Source of the DNA: Sphyrna mokarran
Lineage: Eukaryota
Assembly: GCA_024679065.1 (NCBI GenBank)
Contig: JAGIQG010000008.1
Span: 30,382,001-30,442,000, forward strand
Reading direction: 5' to 3'
Length of the DNA stretch: 60,000 nucleotides
The translations under genes were made by a program, and so were the position numbers. The notes beneath the pieces are model-generated. The model worked only from the letters and a program-made list of their open reading frames with translations, did no database searches and had not been told where the DNA came from. Shown here piece by piece: positions 38,801 to 53,800 of the stretch (the stretch's first letter is position 1; the number at the start of each line of letters is the position of its first letter).

Positions 38801-41800
38801 GGCATCAAGTTCCTTGTTTCCCAGGGTAAAGGGCAAAAAGACCATTTCAGACATGCATACTGCACAATGATTCTTTTTCCTTTCCCAATATAGTAAGTGT
38901 CACATGTTCAGCCAGAAAGCTGCCATTTCATTCTTCCCACTGGATTGAAGGCTGGATAGCATCTTAAATCCATTATGAACTTCTCATTTAAAGCACTGTT
39001 CCCATCTGTTTTAAAACCAACCTGAATTTGCTTTTCATTTAAAAAAGCTCCCTCTACTCTCCCTACTTTCCTAAGCTTCCATTATCTATCACCTGTCTTT
39101 TCTTCCAAGATTCTTGAATTGATACTTCCAGCCATCTCTCATCGTCCTCTTTTCAAGTCCCTCAAAGTTGGTCTCTAATTCATCCACCAGTGACATCCTA
39201 TTTAGTCGCATTCCTGGATAACTGTCCCTCCTCTCGCTCACTTTGACCTTCTATAACCCATTGACCAGGTTATCTTTGCCCATTGCCTATTGCCTATTTT
39301 CCGTAAATCACCTTCTTCAGTTTATTTTTATTACTCCACATCTACCAGTCCCAATAGAGCCAGTATATCTCATTCTGAAGGGTTTGGGCAAAGATGATCA
39401 TCTTTGGTGTAGCACTAGGGATTGATCCCTAGTCCACTTCAATTCATCATCTACATGCTGTCCCAACTGTCGGCACCACCCACACACATAGGGCTAACTT
39501 CCACATGTACATCAATGACGTCCAGCTCTTTATGATCAGCACTAAATCCAGCATTCTTGAGACATCAGCAGACTGTCTGTCTGAAGTGTTATTCAAGTTA
39601 AGCATCAGTTCACACAATCTACAGTTGGACTCTGATCAAATTGATACCATTCTATATGTTCTTGCAAGCCTCAATGAACCTCAACAATTTTAACCTGCTA
39701 TACAAATTGTATCTGGTGATGCAAACTTCCATGCTCTGTGAGGCCCCTAATAAAATCTCATGCCGATGTATCGTTGGGAATATATTTTTCCATCTCTGGA
39801 ACATTTCCTATCTAATCAATCATTTAATCTCCATCACTGTTAAAACCCTAAGCTACGCCTCTACCTCAAGGACTGATTCCACAAATACTTTCATCACTGA
39901 TCTTCCCACAAACTTCAAGTAATCCATTTAACTATCAATCTCATTTTCCTTACAGTAAATAGATTTCAAGGTCTTCACCCTCCTCGTGAGTTTTGTGTTT
40001 TCCACTGGTACAGCACTGAGGAAGTTCTATGTGACAAATTTCTAAAATTTAAGTTATTATGGTTGCGGATAATTAGGCAGGAGACCTCAAGAAATTGGCA
40101 TGAAATAAAACATCATATTCACCTCACAATGATAATACTAATGTTCATGTCCAGGATAATTTTAAATAAAAAAAAGTAGTGAGATTAATGAAATCAGGAA
40201 CAATATTCTCTGAACATACTGTAACAGGGAACCAAGGTGGCAGCTAAGATGTGCTGGTTAGATGCATTGATCATGCTCCCTCAGTGCACCCGAACAGGAG
40301 CCTGAGTATGGAGACTCGGGGATTTTCACAGGAACTTCATCGCAGTATTAACGTAGGCTGACTTGAATAAAACTTTAATTAATTAGAACCTTCCTCAAGT
40401 GGTCTTTCAGATCCAACTGACCAATGTTACTTTGAAAATTTAAAGTATTACCAGAGAACAGAAATCAGAAAACATTCGAGAGAACACTCAACACTACACA
40501 CCAATTTAATTACAGCACTTTGAGTAACTTCAATATGAACAGAGGAAGAGCAACTTTAGGGAAGGCAATGACCTAGTGGTATTACTATTGGACTATTAAT
40601 CCAGAAACTCAGCTAATGTTCTGGGGACCCTGGTGGGATCCCAGCTCAGCAAATGGTGGAATTTGAATTCAATAAGAAATATCTGAATTAGAATCTACTG
40701 ATCAACTTGAAATCATTGTTGATCTGGTTCACTAATGTTCTGTAGGGAAGAAAATCGGTTGTCCTTACCCAGTCAGGCCTACATGTGACTCCAGAGCCAT
40801 AGCAATCCCTTCAAGGATAACTAGGGATGGGCAATAAATTCTGGCCAACCAGTGGTCCCCATGTCCCCAAAAAAACTGACTCCCTCAGTTCTTTTTCCAG
40901 CACTTTTTCCAGAATCAAGGACAGATTCTTTCTTAATTGTCAAATTTGCTGCCTTGGGAAATGGTATTACAAACGTTTATTTGGATTTGAAACCAATTGC
41001 AGATTTTAGCTGACAGGACCATACACCAGCAATATATTTAGTCAAACCTGAATACCAAACTGTTACCTGCTTAGTGTGCCATATGGTTTGCGATTTCAGT
41101 GAATTGTTTTCTGTTTATTGCATCTAGCAATATCACATATAATGTGGGCAAGGCTCCTCTACTCAATTCCAATGTGCCACTATAACACTAACAAATCTAA
41201 CTCCTCAGAAGAGCTTCATTACTTCATTACCAATGTGACGTTTAATTTCCAACAACAGTACTTACTGTGTCTTCTATGAATAATGCAGCCAATTTCTCTT
41301 AGGTAACAGACAAGCTAACGAGATGGATCCACACTTACACGGAGATTGATTGATTCTGTTCACTTCGCTTTGAATCCTTGTAGCAATCATATAGCGAGTT
41401 TTGCCCCAACAATTTGATTCTAATTAGCTCTCTCTTGGTCACCCCTTAACTACACAACCACTTGCATTTATAAAGCACCTTCAACCTAATAAAATGTCCC
41501 AAGGTGCTTTACATTTTGACACCAAGTAACACAAGGAACTATTAGACCAAATGACCAATTGTTTCATTGAAAGAGATCTTAGGGCAGAAATTCTAGAGAT
41601 TAGGGCATTGGCAGCTGAAGGCATGACTGGAAGTGAAGAAGCAATCAAAATTGGGAACATGCAGCAGGTCAGAATTGGTGGAATGCAGAGATTCTGAGGG
41701 GCTGTAGGCTGGAATGGGTCACAGAAATGGGGAGGGACAAAGACCATGGAAGAATTTGAAAACAGACACAGTCTTAAAATGTTAAAAATACATACATTAA

Positions 41801-44800
41801 ACTTTGAGAATTGTATTTGTATTAAAGGAATACTCTAGACTAAATGAGGGCTAACCATTAAATGAATGAATTGCAATAATTGTTGATCCCACACACACAG
41901 ATTGGAGTGAATTTTCTTTAACACGTTTCTGCAAAGTTAGCATTGGACTTTCTTTTGCTACTGTAGCTCCCGTAATTATTGCAGCTGGCTCAGGCCAATG
42001 CAGCCACTGTTAGAGTCTCTATCTGTATCCTGATATGTTGGTACCTTACTGCCCACTATAAGGATCACTGCTGGAGTATTCCTGGCAGTGACAGAAATTA
42101 GTGGAGAGAGAAGATTGAAGAGAAGTATGCCAGTGGCCTAGGCTCTTTTCAGCTTGCATTTACACATGGCAGGAGGAACAACTAAACTCCAACCGAAGTT
42201 GTGGGGATGGGGGGTGGGGTGGTGAAATGAAGATAAGATTGGGATGATGGGTTGGAAAGTTGGCCTTTCCATTTTTTTTTCTGCTTAATCAGTTGCTACA
42301 CTGCTCAATTTGGTGTAGGATAGCAGAAGAAGATTTCTTAGAAGGCCATGTTTGGTGGTGAAAGCATTTAACATAGACTATTGAGGTTGGATGCTTCCTA
42401 TTTCCACTCCCTGTTTAAGAAATTGTTCATTTAGCAATATTTTACTTGCAGCATTATCTATATGACAAGTCTGTGTGACAGCAACCCCACCATCTACACA
42501 TTCCTCATTAGATAGAAGTCTTCCATTGGAAAGTAAAATTGAAATTGGAAAGAAATCTGAGGGACAGTACAAGTTATCACAAAGAGAGATGCAGATTAAT
42601 CACAGTCAGTCAGCATGGAATTGGTGAGGGGAGCTTCTGTCTGACTAATTGGACAGTTTTTTGTTGAGGAAGTAACAAGGAAGGTTACAGGCAGCACAGT
42701 GGTTAACACTGCTACCTCTCAGCGCCAGGGATTAGGGTTCGACTCCACCTCATGTCTGGGTGGAGTTTACACATTCTTCCTGTGTCTGCCTGGTTTTCCT
42801 CCCACAGTCCAAAGATGTGTGGGTTAGATGGATTAACCATGCTAAATTGACCCAATTTAGTGTCAGGGGCACTAGCTAGCGTAAATGCATGGGGATAGGG
42901 TCCATGTGGGCTTGAGGTCAGTGCAGACTTGTTGGGCTGAATGGCCTCCTTCTGTACTGCAGGATTCCATGATTATAAGATTGATGGTAGCATACTTCAG
43001 GTAGTCAACATGGATTTTAAAAAAAGGTTTTGACAAGACATTGCACAACAGTCAGGTCAAAACTCAACAGGATTCAAAGAGTGGCATGTTTGATTCAAAA
43101 TTGGCTTAGTGGCAGGAAGCAACTAGTAATGATGAAAGGGTATTGGAAGGTTGTTTCCAGTGGAGTTCACAGGGTTCAGTACTTGCTTTTCGTGGCTTGT
43201 ATCAATTATTTAGACTCAACTGGAGAAAAATGATTCAGAAGTTTGCAAATAGTACAAAAATTGGCCTTGTAATTGATAGTGAAGTAGAAGCTGGAGATCG
43301 TAGATAGGTATAATTGGACTGGTCAGGTGTGTAGAAAAATGGCAAATCAAACACAATCCAAAGAAATATAATACATTTGGGAACAGCAAAGAAAGAAGAC
43401 AATGAATCAGAAATTTTATCTATTTAGTGCCACAAGTAGGCTTACATTACCACTGCAATGAAGTTATGCAAAAATATCCTAGCTGCCATACTCTGGCACT
43501 GTTCGGGTACACTGAGGGAGAATTTAGCATGGCCAATGCATCTAACCAACACATCTTTTGCACAATGGGAGGAAACTGGAAATGTTAAGATACTGAGAAG
43601 TGTAAAGCAGAAAAACGACCTCAAGTGCACATCCTCAGATTCATGAAAGTAGCAGGACTGGTAAATAAGGTGGTTAAGAAGGCATACAGAATAGTTGCCT
43701 TTATTAGCTGAAGCATAGAACACAATAGCCGGGTGGTTTATGTTGGAACTGAACAAAACACTAGTGAGTCCACAGTTTTAATATGGCATATTGTTCTGGC
43801 CACATTATAACAAGAACATGATGAAACTAGAGAGGGTGCAGAAAAGAACTAGGAAGATGTTGCTAGGAGTGGTGTTTTTACAAATGAGGGAAAGATTGGA
43901 GCTGAAAAAGCTGAGTAGAAATGATACCAAGATGCATAGAAATTTGAATAGCTTGAAGCATGTAGTTTGGAAGACGCATTTCCCTTTTTAGAAAGGTCAA
44001 TAATCAGGGGTATGGACTTAAGGTAATTGGTAGAATTACTGAAGGGCTATTTTCAGAGGATGGTAGTGGTCCAGAATTCACTGGTGATAAAGGCAGAAAC
44101 CCACACTGCATTTAAAATATACTCAGATGTGCACTTGAAATGGACCAAGTCTTGGAAACTGGGATTAGACTGAAAGCATATTGAGAAGGTGGAGAATTTA
44201 ATAAAGTGGGAGGGAGATTTCCAGCCTCTCACTTCTTTTTCCGGATGCTAAGTTCATTAGGCACTCATACACAGGGTGGCTAGAAAAAACCTGGGAGTAG
44301 TTTGACCTCAGTCTGATGGAGGGTACGGGCATGTTCCAGGCCAGGATGACAATACCACCATGCAGCTGACACTGCCAGCCCTTACGGAGAAGGAAGGCGG
44401 GCAGGTCTGTGCTGGGTTTTCCCAGGACATAGCATGACAGAGGCAATCTTGGGCTTGGACAGTGCATGTTGGGAGCAGTGCCCTTGCTTAGCATTTTGGC
44501 ACATGGGCTGGGGATGGGCAGGAAATTAACCCGACTTTATATGTTTAACTGTCAATTCACTACCTCTCAAAAAAGATTTAGTTACTCAAAAGAAAATGAC
44601 AATAAAATAATATTTTACATACAGCAATGAAAAGCCCACTTGGTCCATTGAAATTGTCGATCCAACCCTATTTAATTAAAAAAAAAGTCACAGTTAGTTT
44701 TTTTTTTGAATGCAGGACTTTAGACACTGCAGTTGATTTTACAGTGGTCAGTAAACAGCTCATTACAGGAAGATTTTCACACCATATTACATCAATAACA

Positions 44801-47800
44801 GAAAATCAGACTATATGTCTTCAAAAAAATATGGGCTGGAATTTTCCAGCCATTCAAGCGGGATTCTCCGGTCCCACTGGCAGTGCAGCTCCACACATGG
44901 GTTTCCCGCCAGCGTGGGGTGACGTCAACGGCAATTCCATCAATTAGATTGAAAGAAACATGTCTAGGTTTGGACTGCTTAGTGCTTACGAGCAAAAATA
45001 TTTTTAGATAAAACTTTTAGGAAAATTGCATGACATTAAAGATTACATCACATCCATCTGTTCATATAGTCAGGCAAACTAAGTAAAGATACTTTGAGGT
45101 CACTTTCAAAAAAGGTGTGTCTTATTCCATCTTAGAGAATATATTGGGTGGACTGTCAAAAATCTCAAATAATCTCACCATTTAGAAAACAGAGTGTATG
45201 GCAATATATACTCTCAGTTAACACAGGAGCTTACCTAGATTATACCAGTTTTAACTCCAAACTTCAATTAGCCTACTCTTTCCTAGTTAGAACAAAGAAC
45301 AAAGAACAAAACAGCATGGGAAACAGGCCCTTTGGCCCAACGAGCCCGTGCTGTTGGCCTTGTGGTATTACCGCTAGACAATTAATCCAGAAACTCAGCT
45401 AATGTTCTGAGCAGTCAGATTCCAATTCCACCACAGGAGATGGTGAAATTTGAATTCAATTTAAAAAAATCTGGAATTAAGGAGCTACTGATGACCATGA
45501 AACCATTGTCGATTGTCAGGAAAAAAACAATCTGCTTCACTAACATCCTTACCTGGTCTGGCCTATGTGCGAGTCCAGATCTACAGCAATGTGGTTCACC
45601 CTCAACTGCCCTCTGGAATAGCTTAGCAAGCTACTCAGTTTCAAGAACAATTAGAGAAGGGCCAGTCAGCAATGTCCACGTCCCACAAATGAATAAAAAA
45701 TAAGCCATGCACCTCTATATCCAATGTTGTGTGTTTGGTTGTGAATGCCACTCATGACGTGTGGAGCCTTTTTGCCACTCCACCAATCAATGCTCCATGA
45801 AGCTGTGTTATCACACATGGCTGGAATTTCACCAGTGCCGGATCCCACCCAACACTGGCAGCCAGTATCCAGGCCACATGGCAACAAGTGACTGGCTTGC
45901 AGCTCACTCATTAAGAGCACCAGAACAGAGTGTATGTTCTGGAAGTGAAAGCTGGTGATGAAAATGAGCTATCACTTGAAGAGTTAAGGAGTTTGTCTAA
46001 CCCACTGTGAACTGGTGAGTAGTTTCCAAGGACCCTAACTTACGTGTTTGCAAATATTTGTTTTTGATGTACAATTTTGAGCTCGACGTTTTCCCACCAG
46101 GATGTGGCAGCCAACATTGGCTGGTAAGGATCAAGTGTGGATCGGAATCACAAGACTTAACAGAATCAGCTATGTTTGGGAAAAATGGCAAGTGGAAGAT
46201 CTTGGGAGGCAAGTGGCAAGTTGGAACTCTTCTGACTTGCCAACCTTGTTGTTCGCCACCTCTTCCACTCACTGGGTCCCTCCCACCTCACTGCTTGCCC
46301 CCAATTTCATTCCTTCCCTCCTGTCTTGCTCTTTCCCTCCCTCCTTAGTGCTCCCCTCCAATCCCACTGTTTCCCTCCCCCCTTGCCATTCTCCTCCCCC
46401 CTTGCCATTCTCCTCCCGCCTCACTGTTCCCCTCCCGCCTCACTGTTCCCCTCCCGCCTTGCCATGCATTAATACTAAAATAAAATATTATGTTCCTATG
46501 TTAAGAAAATAGATCAGTTTGGTTTTTGCCACAAAGAAATAGATGTGTGTAAGAGTCCAAAAAATTAGTGAAAAACCCACTGTGTTAGTTTCTTTTTTTG
46601 TGATTTTATATCAGATTAACATATTTAATCGCACAACTTGTTAATTATCCCTGTTAATATTCTTTCTTTCTTTCATAATTTTGGTAATTTAAAAAAAAAT
46701 AAAGTATTAAGGATACAGATACAGATATAGATGCTCCATTCATCCTCCGCTGAATGGAGCATCGGTCAAAAATCAAGATTCCCACCAGGCATGAGGGCTC
46801 TCGGGATCCGCCTGATCCACACCGCTGTCCCCATCGCACAGACATGATTAGACACTCTGTCAGCCTCCATTCCCCGAGATCCTACTCAGCAGCCCTCACC
46901 TCTCTGAGACAACTTCCCTCATCCCTGAGACAACCTATCTCGGGAGGTGGGGTGGAGAGGATGACGAGGTCATCCTCTTACCCCCAGCTTGATCCCATCC
47001 TCCAGAACTCTTGGGGACCCTTCCTTTGCAGGTCAGCAGTGGCAGAGAGTGCAAGGGCACTGGATCCATCTCTCTGGCCTCCCCAACCCCCTTGGGAAAA
47101 GACATGAGGCCAGAGTATCATTGCCAGTGCAGTCCACCATTGGCACTTCCAAGGTTTCCAGCTAACTCCAGTTTTCCCACTGGGGTGGGCACTTCCAATT
47201 TGGGTGAATCATATGCAAGTTCTTTAGGTTTTTTTGTTTCTACTGTTCATGCACATACACACAAAATGACCAGAATTTTCAGAGGCTCGGTCACTTGGAG
47301 GCATTCCCACCCATGGCACAGCAGCTAGAGGTGACACAATGGCACAAAGGTGGGTGACATGGTGGCACAATGGTTAGAACTGCTGTCGCAAAGCGTCAGG
47401 GACCCAGGTCCAATTCTGTCTAAGCAAGGTCTGCACATTCTCCCAGATGTTCCGGTTTCCTCCCACTGTCCAAACGACGTGCAGATTAGATGGATTGGTC
47501 ATGTTAAAATATTCTCTAATGTCTCGATATGTGTAGATTGGGTGGATTAGCCATGGTAAATTCATGGAGTTATGGGGATCGGGCGGGGTGGGGTGAGCCT
47601 GGGTAAGTGCAAAGTCAATGGGCTAAATGGCCTCCTTCAGTCCTGAAGGGATTCTGTGGGAACACTTGGGAAGTTCTGAGGGAGGATATTCTGATCTTGA
47701 GGGAAAACCTGCACTGGGCAGGATGTCTGAAGGTCACTGGACAGTGCCCCCAATAAGAAAGGGACTGCTTATGGATGTGCACCTTCTCAACCTTCCCATA

Positions 47801-50800
47801 TGGTGGCTCAATTGAGGTTGGGAAGGTATTCCCTCTAAGACCATGCGCTTTATAATGCACAGAAGGAAAGATCAGTTAAGTTTGCAAATCCAATCATACC
47901 TCAGATTGGTGAGTACAACCCTAAACATCAAACATGAACATTCATTAAAGAGTGAGCAAAAAATTACCGTGATAAAGGAAATGTCCTTACCTCCCCTGCA
48001 GCTATTAACGTGCGCCAACCGTTAGGTTGTGTGGCAGTATACTTAGATCCCGAACTAAGCTAATCTCAACAAATAATCATGAAACACACTTGAATAAAAT
48101 GAAACCCATGTAATGTGAATTATTTACAAATAAAACTTAAATTTGAAAATACACTTGTGCCTCATTTGTGCTCTCAATAAGTCTTATACTAATGGCAATG
48201 AAGTTGTAGCCTTGAGCCCTCTTTGTCCTGAAAACTCTTTTATAGCCCGCCTGAAGCTGCAGCATTGTTTTTATCATCCTGGGTTGAAACTATACTGCTG
48301 TTTCTTCAGCCACTGGATTAAAATCCTGGGAATTCCCTTCCTAACAGCACTCTGAATGTCCCTAAACCACATACAACCTTCTGAAGGGCAATTAGGGATG
48401 GGCAATAAATGCCAGCCTAACAAATGACACCAATATCCCATGAATGAATTTAAAATAGTTTTAACACTGAAAAGCATCCTTGGTGCAAAAATCACAGGTT
48501 TCCCATATGTGCTGCCCAAACTTTAACATCTGAATTGTAATCAAGTGGGAAATGGAAAAAGCAGGAAAGTGAATGTGGTGCACATTTTGGTTCTGCCATC
48601 AGAAAAGGCACACCATAGACAAAAATTCCCTAGATCTTATTAGAGACCTCTGAATATTTTTCCAGTTCCTTTATTGAAAGAAGCAATCAAAAGGACTGTT
48701 TTTCCTGTTCATTATAATTACCTGGTTGAGGGAAATATTTTGATTTTTGTTCCCAGATTTGAACATTTAACCCCTTTTCAAACAAACGTTCCTCATCGCT
48801 TGTCTCTGGATCCCACACACGAGTTTTTCACTCTGTGCATACTCATTTTGAATCATGAAATAAACTGTTTTGGACACATGCTTTGTACACCACACTCAAA
48901 CTATGCTCTAATTGGAAAGAGCAGAGAGATCAAAATGTTCTGCATGCTCTCTCAGCATGCTTTTCATGGTCTGTGCTGAAGCTGGTATCTATTAGGTTTC
49001 AACAGCAATCCAGATCTCTTGCATCTTCCAGCCATAAATAAATAACTTTGAATAAAGTTATAGTATCACGATTAAGGGTATACATCATCATGGCCAGAAC
49101 TCTACCATGTTGCCTGCCACAGAATTGGCGCAGGTGAGGGTCTGACAATAGAAATCCCCATCACACGAGCAAGGCCGTAAAATCCTGTCCCATGACTCAC
49201 TGGTTAACCTACTATTTAGGATGATGAATAAAGCACACAGGATCTCCACCATAGCCCTCCTGTGGCATAATGTTATCCTACAATATAAATAGAGGCACTG
49301 TAAATCTTCCAGAATTGTCTGGATTATTGAGGACATGCCTGATTTGGTATCCAAGATGTCTGAAGTGAAGATATTGAATAGATGTAGGCCTGTGGACACG
49401 GTTATCTTACTACAGCTAGGATTTTCCATCCCCACTCACTGCCAGGATTGCCTGTCCTGGCAAAAGACAATGGACTATTGGTTGGCCCACTGCATCCCAC
49501 CACAACGAGGCTGGGAAATCCCTGCCTCTTTCAGACTCCAGATCTTTCAATAATTTTCAGGCTCACTAATAACCCCTTTTCCTTCTCCTCATACTGAAAA
49601 CACAGCTGCAGTACGTGTACCTCAATCTGAATTCAATCCGCCAGCTGAAGTTGCTTCATACAGTCCTCCAGGATCAATACTGTAACCAATGCCCCCTGTC
49701 TCATTTGTTTGCACTGTACCTTCAAGGGAGCATTGCCTGTGTGCAGCTACTCGCTCCCTTGGTTGCTTGATGATCACACACCCACACAGTTTAGAGGGAA
49801 TGCTGGCTCTGACCCTACTCCCTTTGCTTGGAGCAGATGTTAAAAACTCAGCCCTTCCTTTTCTCATTGACATAATGTGGAGTCCTCTGTGGCCAGAAAG
49901 AGAACAAAAAGGCAACAAAAAGACAAGAGGAGGAAAATGTTCAAGATACTGAGGCTCAGTTTAACAACATGAATAACTCAAATGTTTGCAAACTAATTTC
50001 TGTTGCTTCTCAGTTGAAGACAACATTCTGAAATCTGCTTATGACCTTGCCAAGGTTTTAATTCTGCCTAAAAGCCATCAGTTTTGCGATAAACTTGATT
50101 AGTTGAGATTTGCTGACCAAATCCTGGAGTAGATAATGCTAATAGAAGTTAGAAATTATGCAAAGTGCTTAAGCAGGTCTGGAAGCATTGAAACGAGAAA
50201 CTACATTTTCTTTGTTAAATCAACCCACAATGTCTGACAGTAATGCAAAAGTAAAAGTCAAAATGCTTTTGTGTCTTAATTAATACTCAGGGCAGAGAGT
50301 TGTATGGCACCAAGCAGTTTATTGGACACCCAGAGAACACAGTCCAGCCAAGATAATGCAGTTACCTTGCTCAGCAATGCAAGCCATTCAGTTGAATTCA
50401 AGAAGGCGGCTCACCACCACCTTCTCAAGGGCAATTAGGGTGGGCAATAAATGCTGGCCTTACCAGTGATGCCCACATCCTGTGAATGAATAAAAAAAGA
50501 TCAGAAATAGGATCATATATGGAATCAAACTCGTAAATGAGGGTGAGATTCCTTTGTGCAGCAGATTAAGAGATAACAAAATGTCTGCAGGGGTGTGGCG
50601 TTCCTTTGGGGATACGCTAAACCTTGGAAAAACTGAGTGCTAGAAAAAGGAATTACAGACACATGTTTTAAATGTAAGGGCTGATTGTATGAAATTGCAC
50701 CTCATTGGAGAGGCTCATCTGACAATAATGCATACTGGGAAATTACAGGCACGCATTCTGATAAGCTACATTGTGACTAAGCTCTCAGTGTAACTACAAG

Positions 50801-53800
50801 TATTAGCTGCAAGTGATTCAGAAGCCCATCATAGTGGGTCTTTTGACATGTCTTATTTCCAACTGTTTCCTTGAAATCTGAATTATGTCTGCCTTGTGCC
50901 AATCTGCCTCTCATTTCCCTCTTCCATTCTCATTCTCTCCAAATCTCCCTATCATTCATTCTTTTTGTTTTTGTCTCAGAATCTTTGAATCTTGCTTTCT
51001 TCTGTCTCTTTCCAATTCCTGATTTTCCATACCCTTGCCTCCACATTCTTTTGTCCCCTCCCTTTATCCTCGTTTCCTTCTCTTATTTCCCCTTCATCCT
51101 GTGCATCTCAGATTCTGATCTTGTGAATACGTGGCTAATGCATTATCTGAAATAAGAACATGCCTTAAGTGCAGGAAAACAGGAATTTCCACTGGTGAGT
51201 GTTTCCACCCCACTTTGTTTAGGGGAAACTTCACATCTTCTGCTCCTCCTTAGTTCCATTCCTTGTTCTTAATTAGTTTATCTGCACTGTAGCCCACACA
51301 TGCAATCATGAGGATCTGCTAGCGGCTGCACTGAAAAACTAGGGATTGGGTGATGCCATGAGTCAAACCCCAATAATCACGTAGATCATACAGTAAATCA
51401 GCAATGGAAAATCTGATCCGTTTGGCATGACTTCTGCGTCATCATCTGATGGTGCACTTGCAAATATATCCCTGTCTCAATAATAGCCTTGTTGCTTCTG
51501 GTTTGCCTCTCTGCATGTTTGCAATGGCTAATTAATGTGTGTCCATGATTTTAAAGAGCTATACGGCAAGTACACAAAATGTTGATTGATCATTCCTCTA
51601 TTGCAGTTAGAAAGGATTGAGCACACTTCACAATACAAAGCAGGGGTGAGACCACTGCTAAGAAGAAGTTTTGTAGCATGAGCCACCTGTCCAACCATGT
51701 TAAATACTTCAGGCAGAAGGAAAAATTCAGAAGTGAAATAGTGTTCACATGTCATCAGCTATGCTGTAACAACTACAAAAATTACCATTGCTTTGCTTCA
51801 CAATGTTAAACCAAAAACTAGAGAGTTAATTTCCATACCGTGATATTATAAGTGAAACCTAAGGAATAGAGAGGCCAGTAACTCAGCTGCCAGAGATACA
51901 GCAGATGAATTCTCCTGGTTTGAGTCCCCATCCCAAGCAAAATGGCAAATTGGATCCACAACTCAGAGAAAGCAAAGGGTAATATTTGATCGATGTTTTT
52001 GTAACTGGAAGGCTGGTTCCAGTGGGGATCAGTACTAAATTTCTTGCTTGGAGTTGAATGTAAGGGGTATGGTTAAGAATTCTGCAGATGATAGTAAAAA
52101 AATAAGCATGTGGTTGATCGTGAGGAAGACAGCTGTAGACTGCAGCAAGCACCAGTAAACTAGTCAGATAAAGGGAACAGAGGCAAATGGAATTCAGAGA
52201 AGTATAAAATATTGATTTGGGAAAGACTCTCAAGGCAAGGGATTTGATAGTAGATGGTAGGATATTGACTTCTGTAGAGGGACTTTTGTGCATGCCCCAG
52301 ATCCAGGAAAGAGGCAGGACAACTCGGCAAGTAAGGAAGCGATCAAGATGGCATGTAGGATATTTGTTTTTATTGTTGAGGCAAGAGCTGGAAGGTATTG
52401 TTGTATAAAACAGTAGTCCACAGTTGGAGGACTGTATTAAGTTCAGTCTAGGTTATTGCATTGTAGGAAAGATGTGACTGCACCAAAGATGGTGCAGAGG
52501 AGATTTATGACATTGTTGACAGAAGTTAAAAAAGGTTAGTTATTGGGAAATTGGGTAGGTTTAGGCTGTTCCTTTGAAACAAGGGAAGCTGAGGGGAAAG
52601 CTAGCTGAAGTGTATAAAATTATGAGGGATCAGGATAGAATGGATAGTCAGGCCCCATTCCACTTGGCTGAGGGATCTATAAACAGGAGGCATAGATCCT
52701 GGATAACAGGTAGGAGATTGAGAGAGGATTCAATGGGAAACATTATCAGCTGGAGTGTGGTGGGAATCTGGAATTCGTGGATTGAAAGGCTGGTAGAGAC
52801 AGAAACCCACATAACATTTAAAAGTACTTGGATATGCACATGAAGTGTTGCACCCTTCAAGGCTACAGATCAATAGCTGGAAAGTAGGATTAGGCTGGAT
52901 GGCTGGCATGGAAATGATGGGCTGTATAGCCCCTTCCTTGTTGTAAGTTTCTATTATTCTATCTTTTTTGCGACAATGTACATTAACAGACCAAGTAAGT
53001 TACAGTTTTTGATTGCAATACAGCTCACAATTTGGTCATAGCCAAGCAACTGTCTGAAAGATCTTTTCAAGGTATCACCTTGAAGAGGATCATCAGGTTT
53101 GAGATAGTTAATTCCCACGTTGCCTTTATTAAGAAAAACACCTGCAAAATGCCTGCTTTCATCTTTCATACCAAATGTTTCCTCTCAACAATTCTCAGCT
53201 CCCAATAAAGTGCAAATATACCATTTACCTCAAACCGTGCCTAAATGAACAGCTTTGATTCAATGGACAATCACTGTCTCACTTACAATAACAGAATAGT
53301 TTCAACATCAGTATATCTGCTTTTGTAAATATGATAGCAGAGACTGGTTATGGATTAACTAGAGAGGTAGTGCTTGATAGGCTAATGGGGCTGAGGGCAG
53401 ATAAGTCCCCAGGACCAGATGGAATGCATCCCAGGGTCCTTAAGGAAATGGCAGAGGTGATAGCGGATACCCTGGTAATTATCTTTCAAAATTCGCTGGA
53501 CTTCGGAAAAGTGCCGGAAGATTAGAAAATGGCTAATTGTTACGCTGCTGTTTAAAAAAGGTAGCAGACAAAAGGCAGGGAATTATAGGCCAGTTAGTCT
53601 AACGTCTGTAGTTAGAAAAATGCTTGAATCCGTCGTCAAAGCAGAAATAATGAGGCACTTGGATACGAACTGTTTGATCAAGCAGACACAGCACGGATTC
53701 GTTAACGGGAAGTCGTGCTTGATGAATTTATTGAAGTTCTATGAGGAAGTAACTAGTACGGTAGATAGAGGGGAACCGGTGGATATGGTGTTTTTGGATT

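Larger units (their letters stand above)
42590..44180 (+). mobile_element. Old CR1 LINE remnant interrupted by two SINEs
   Basis: Remnants of [38 protein letters not shown]. Confidence 0.7.
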
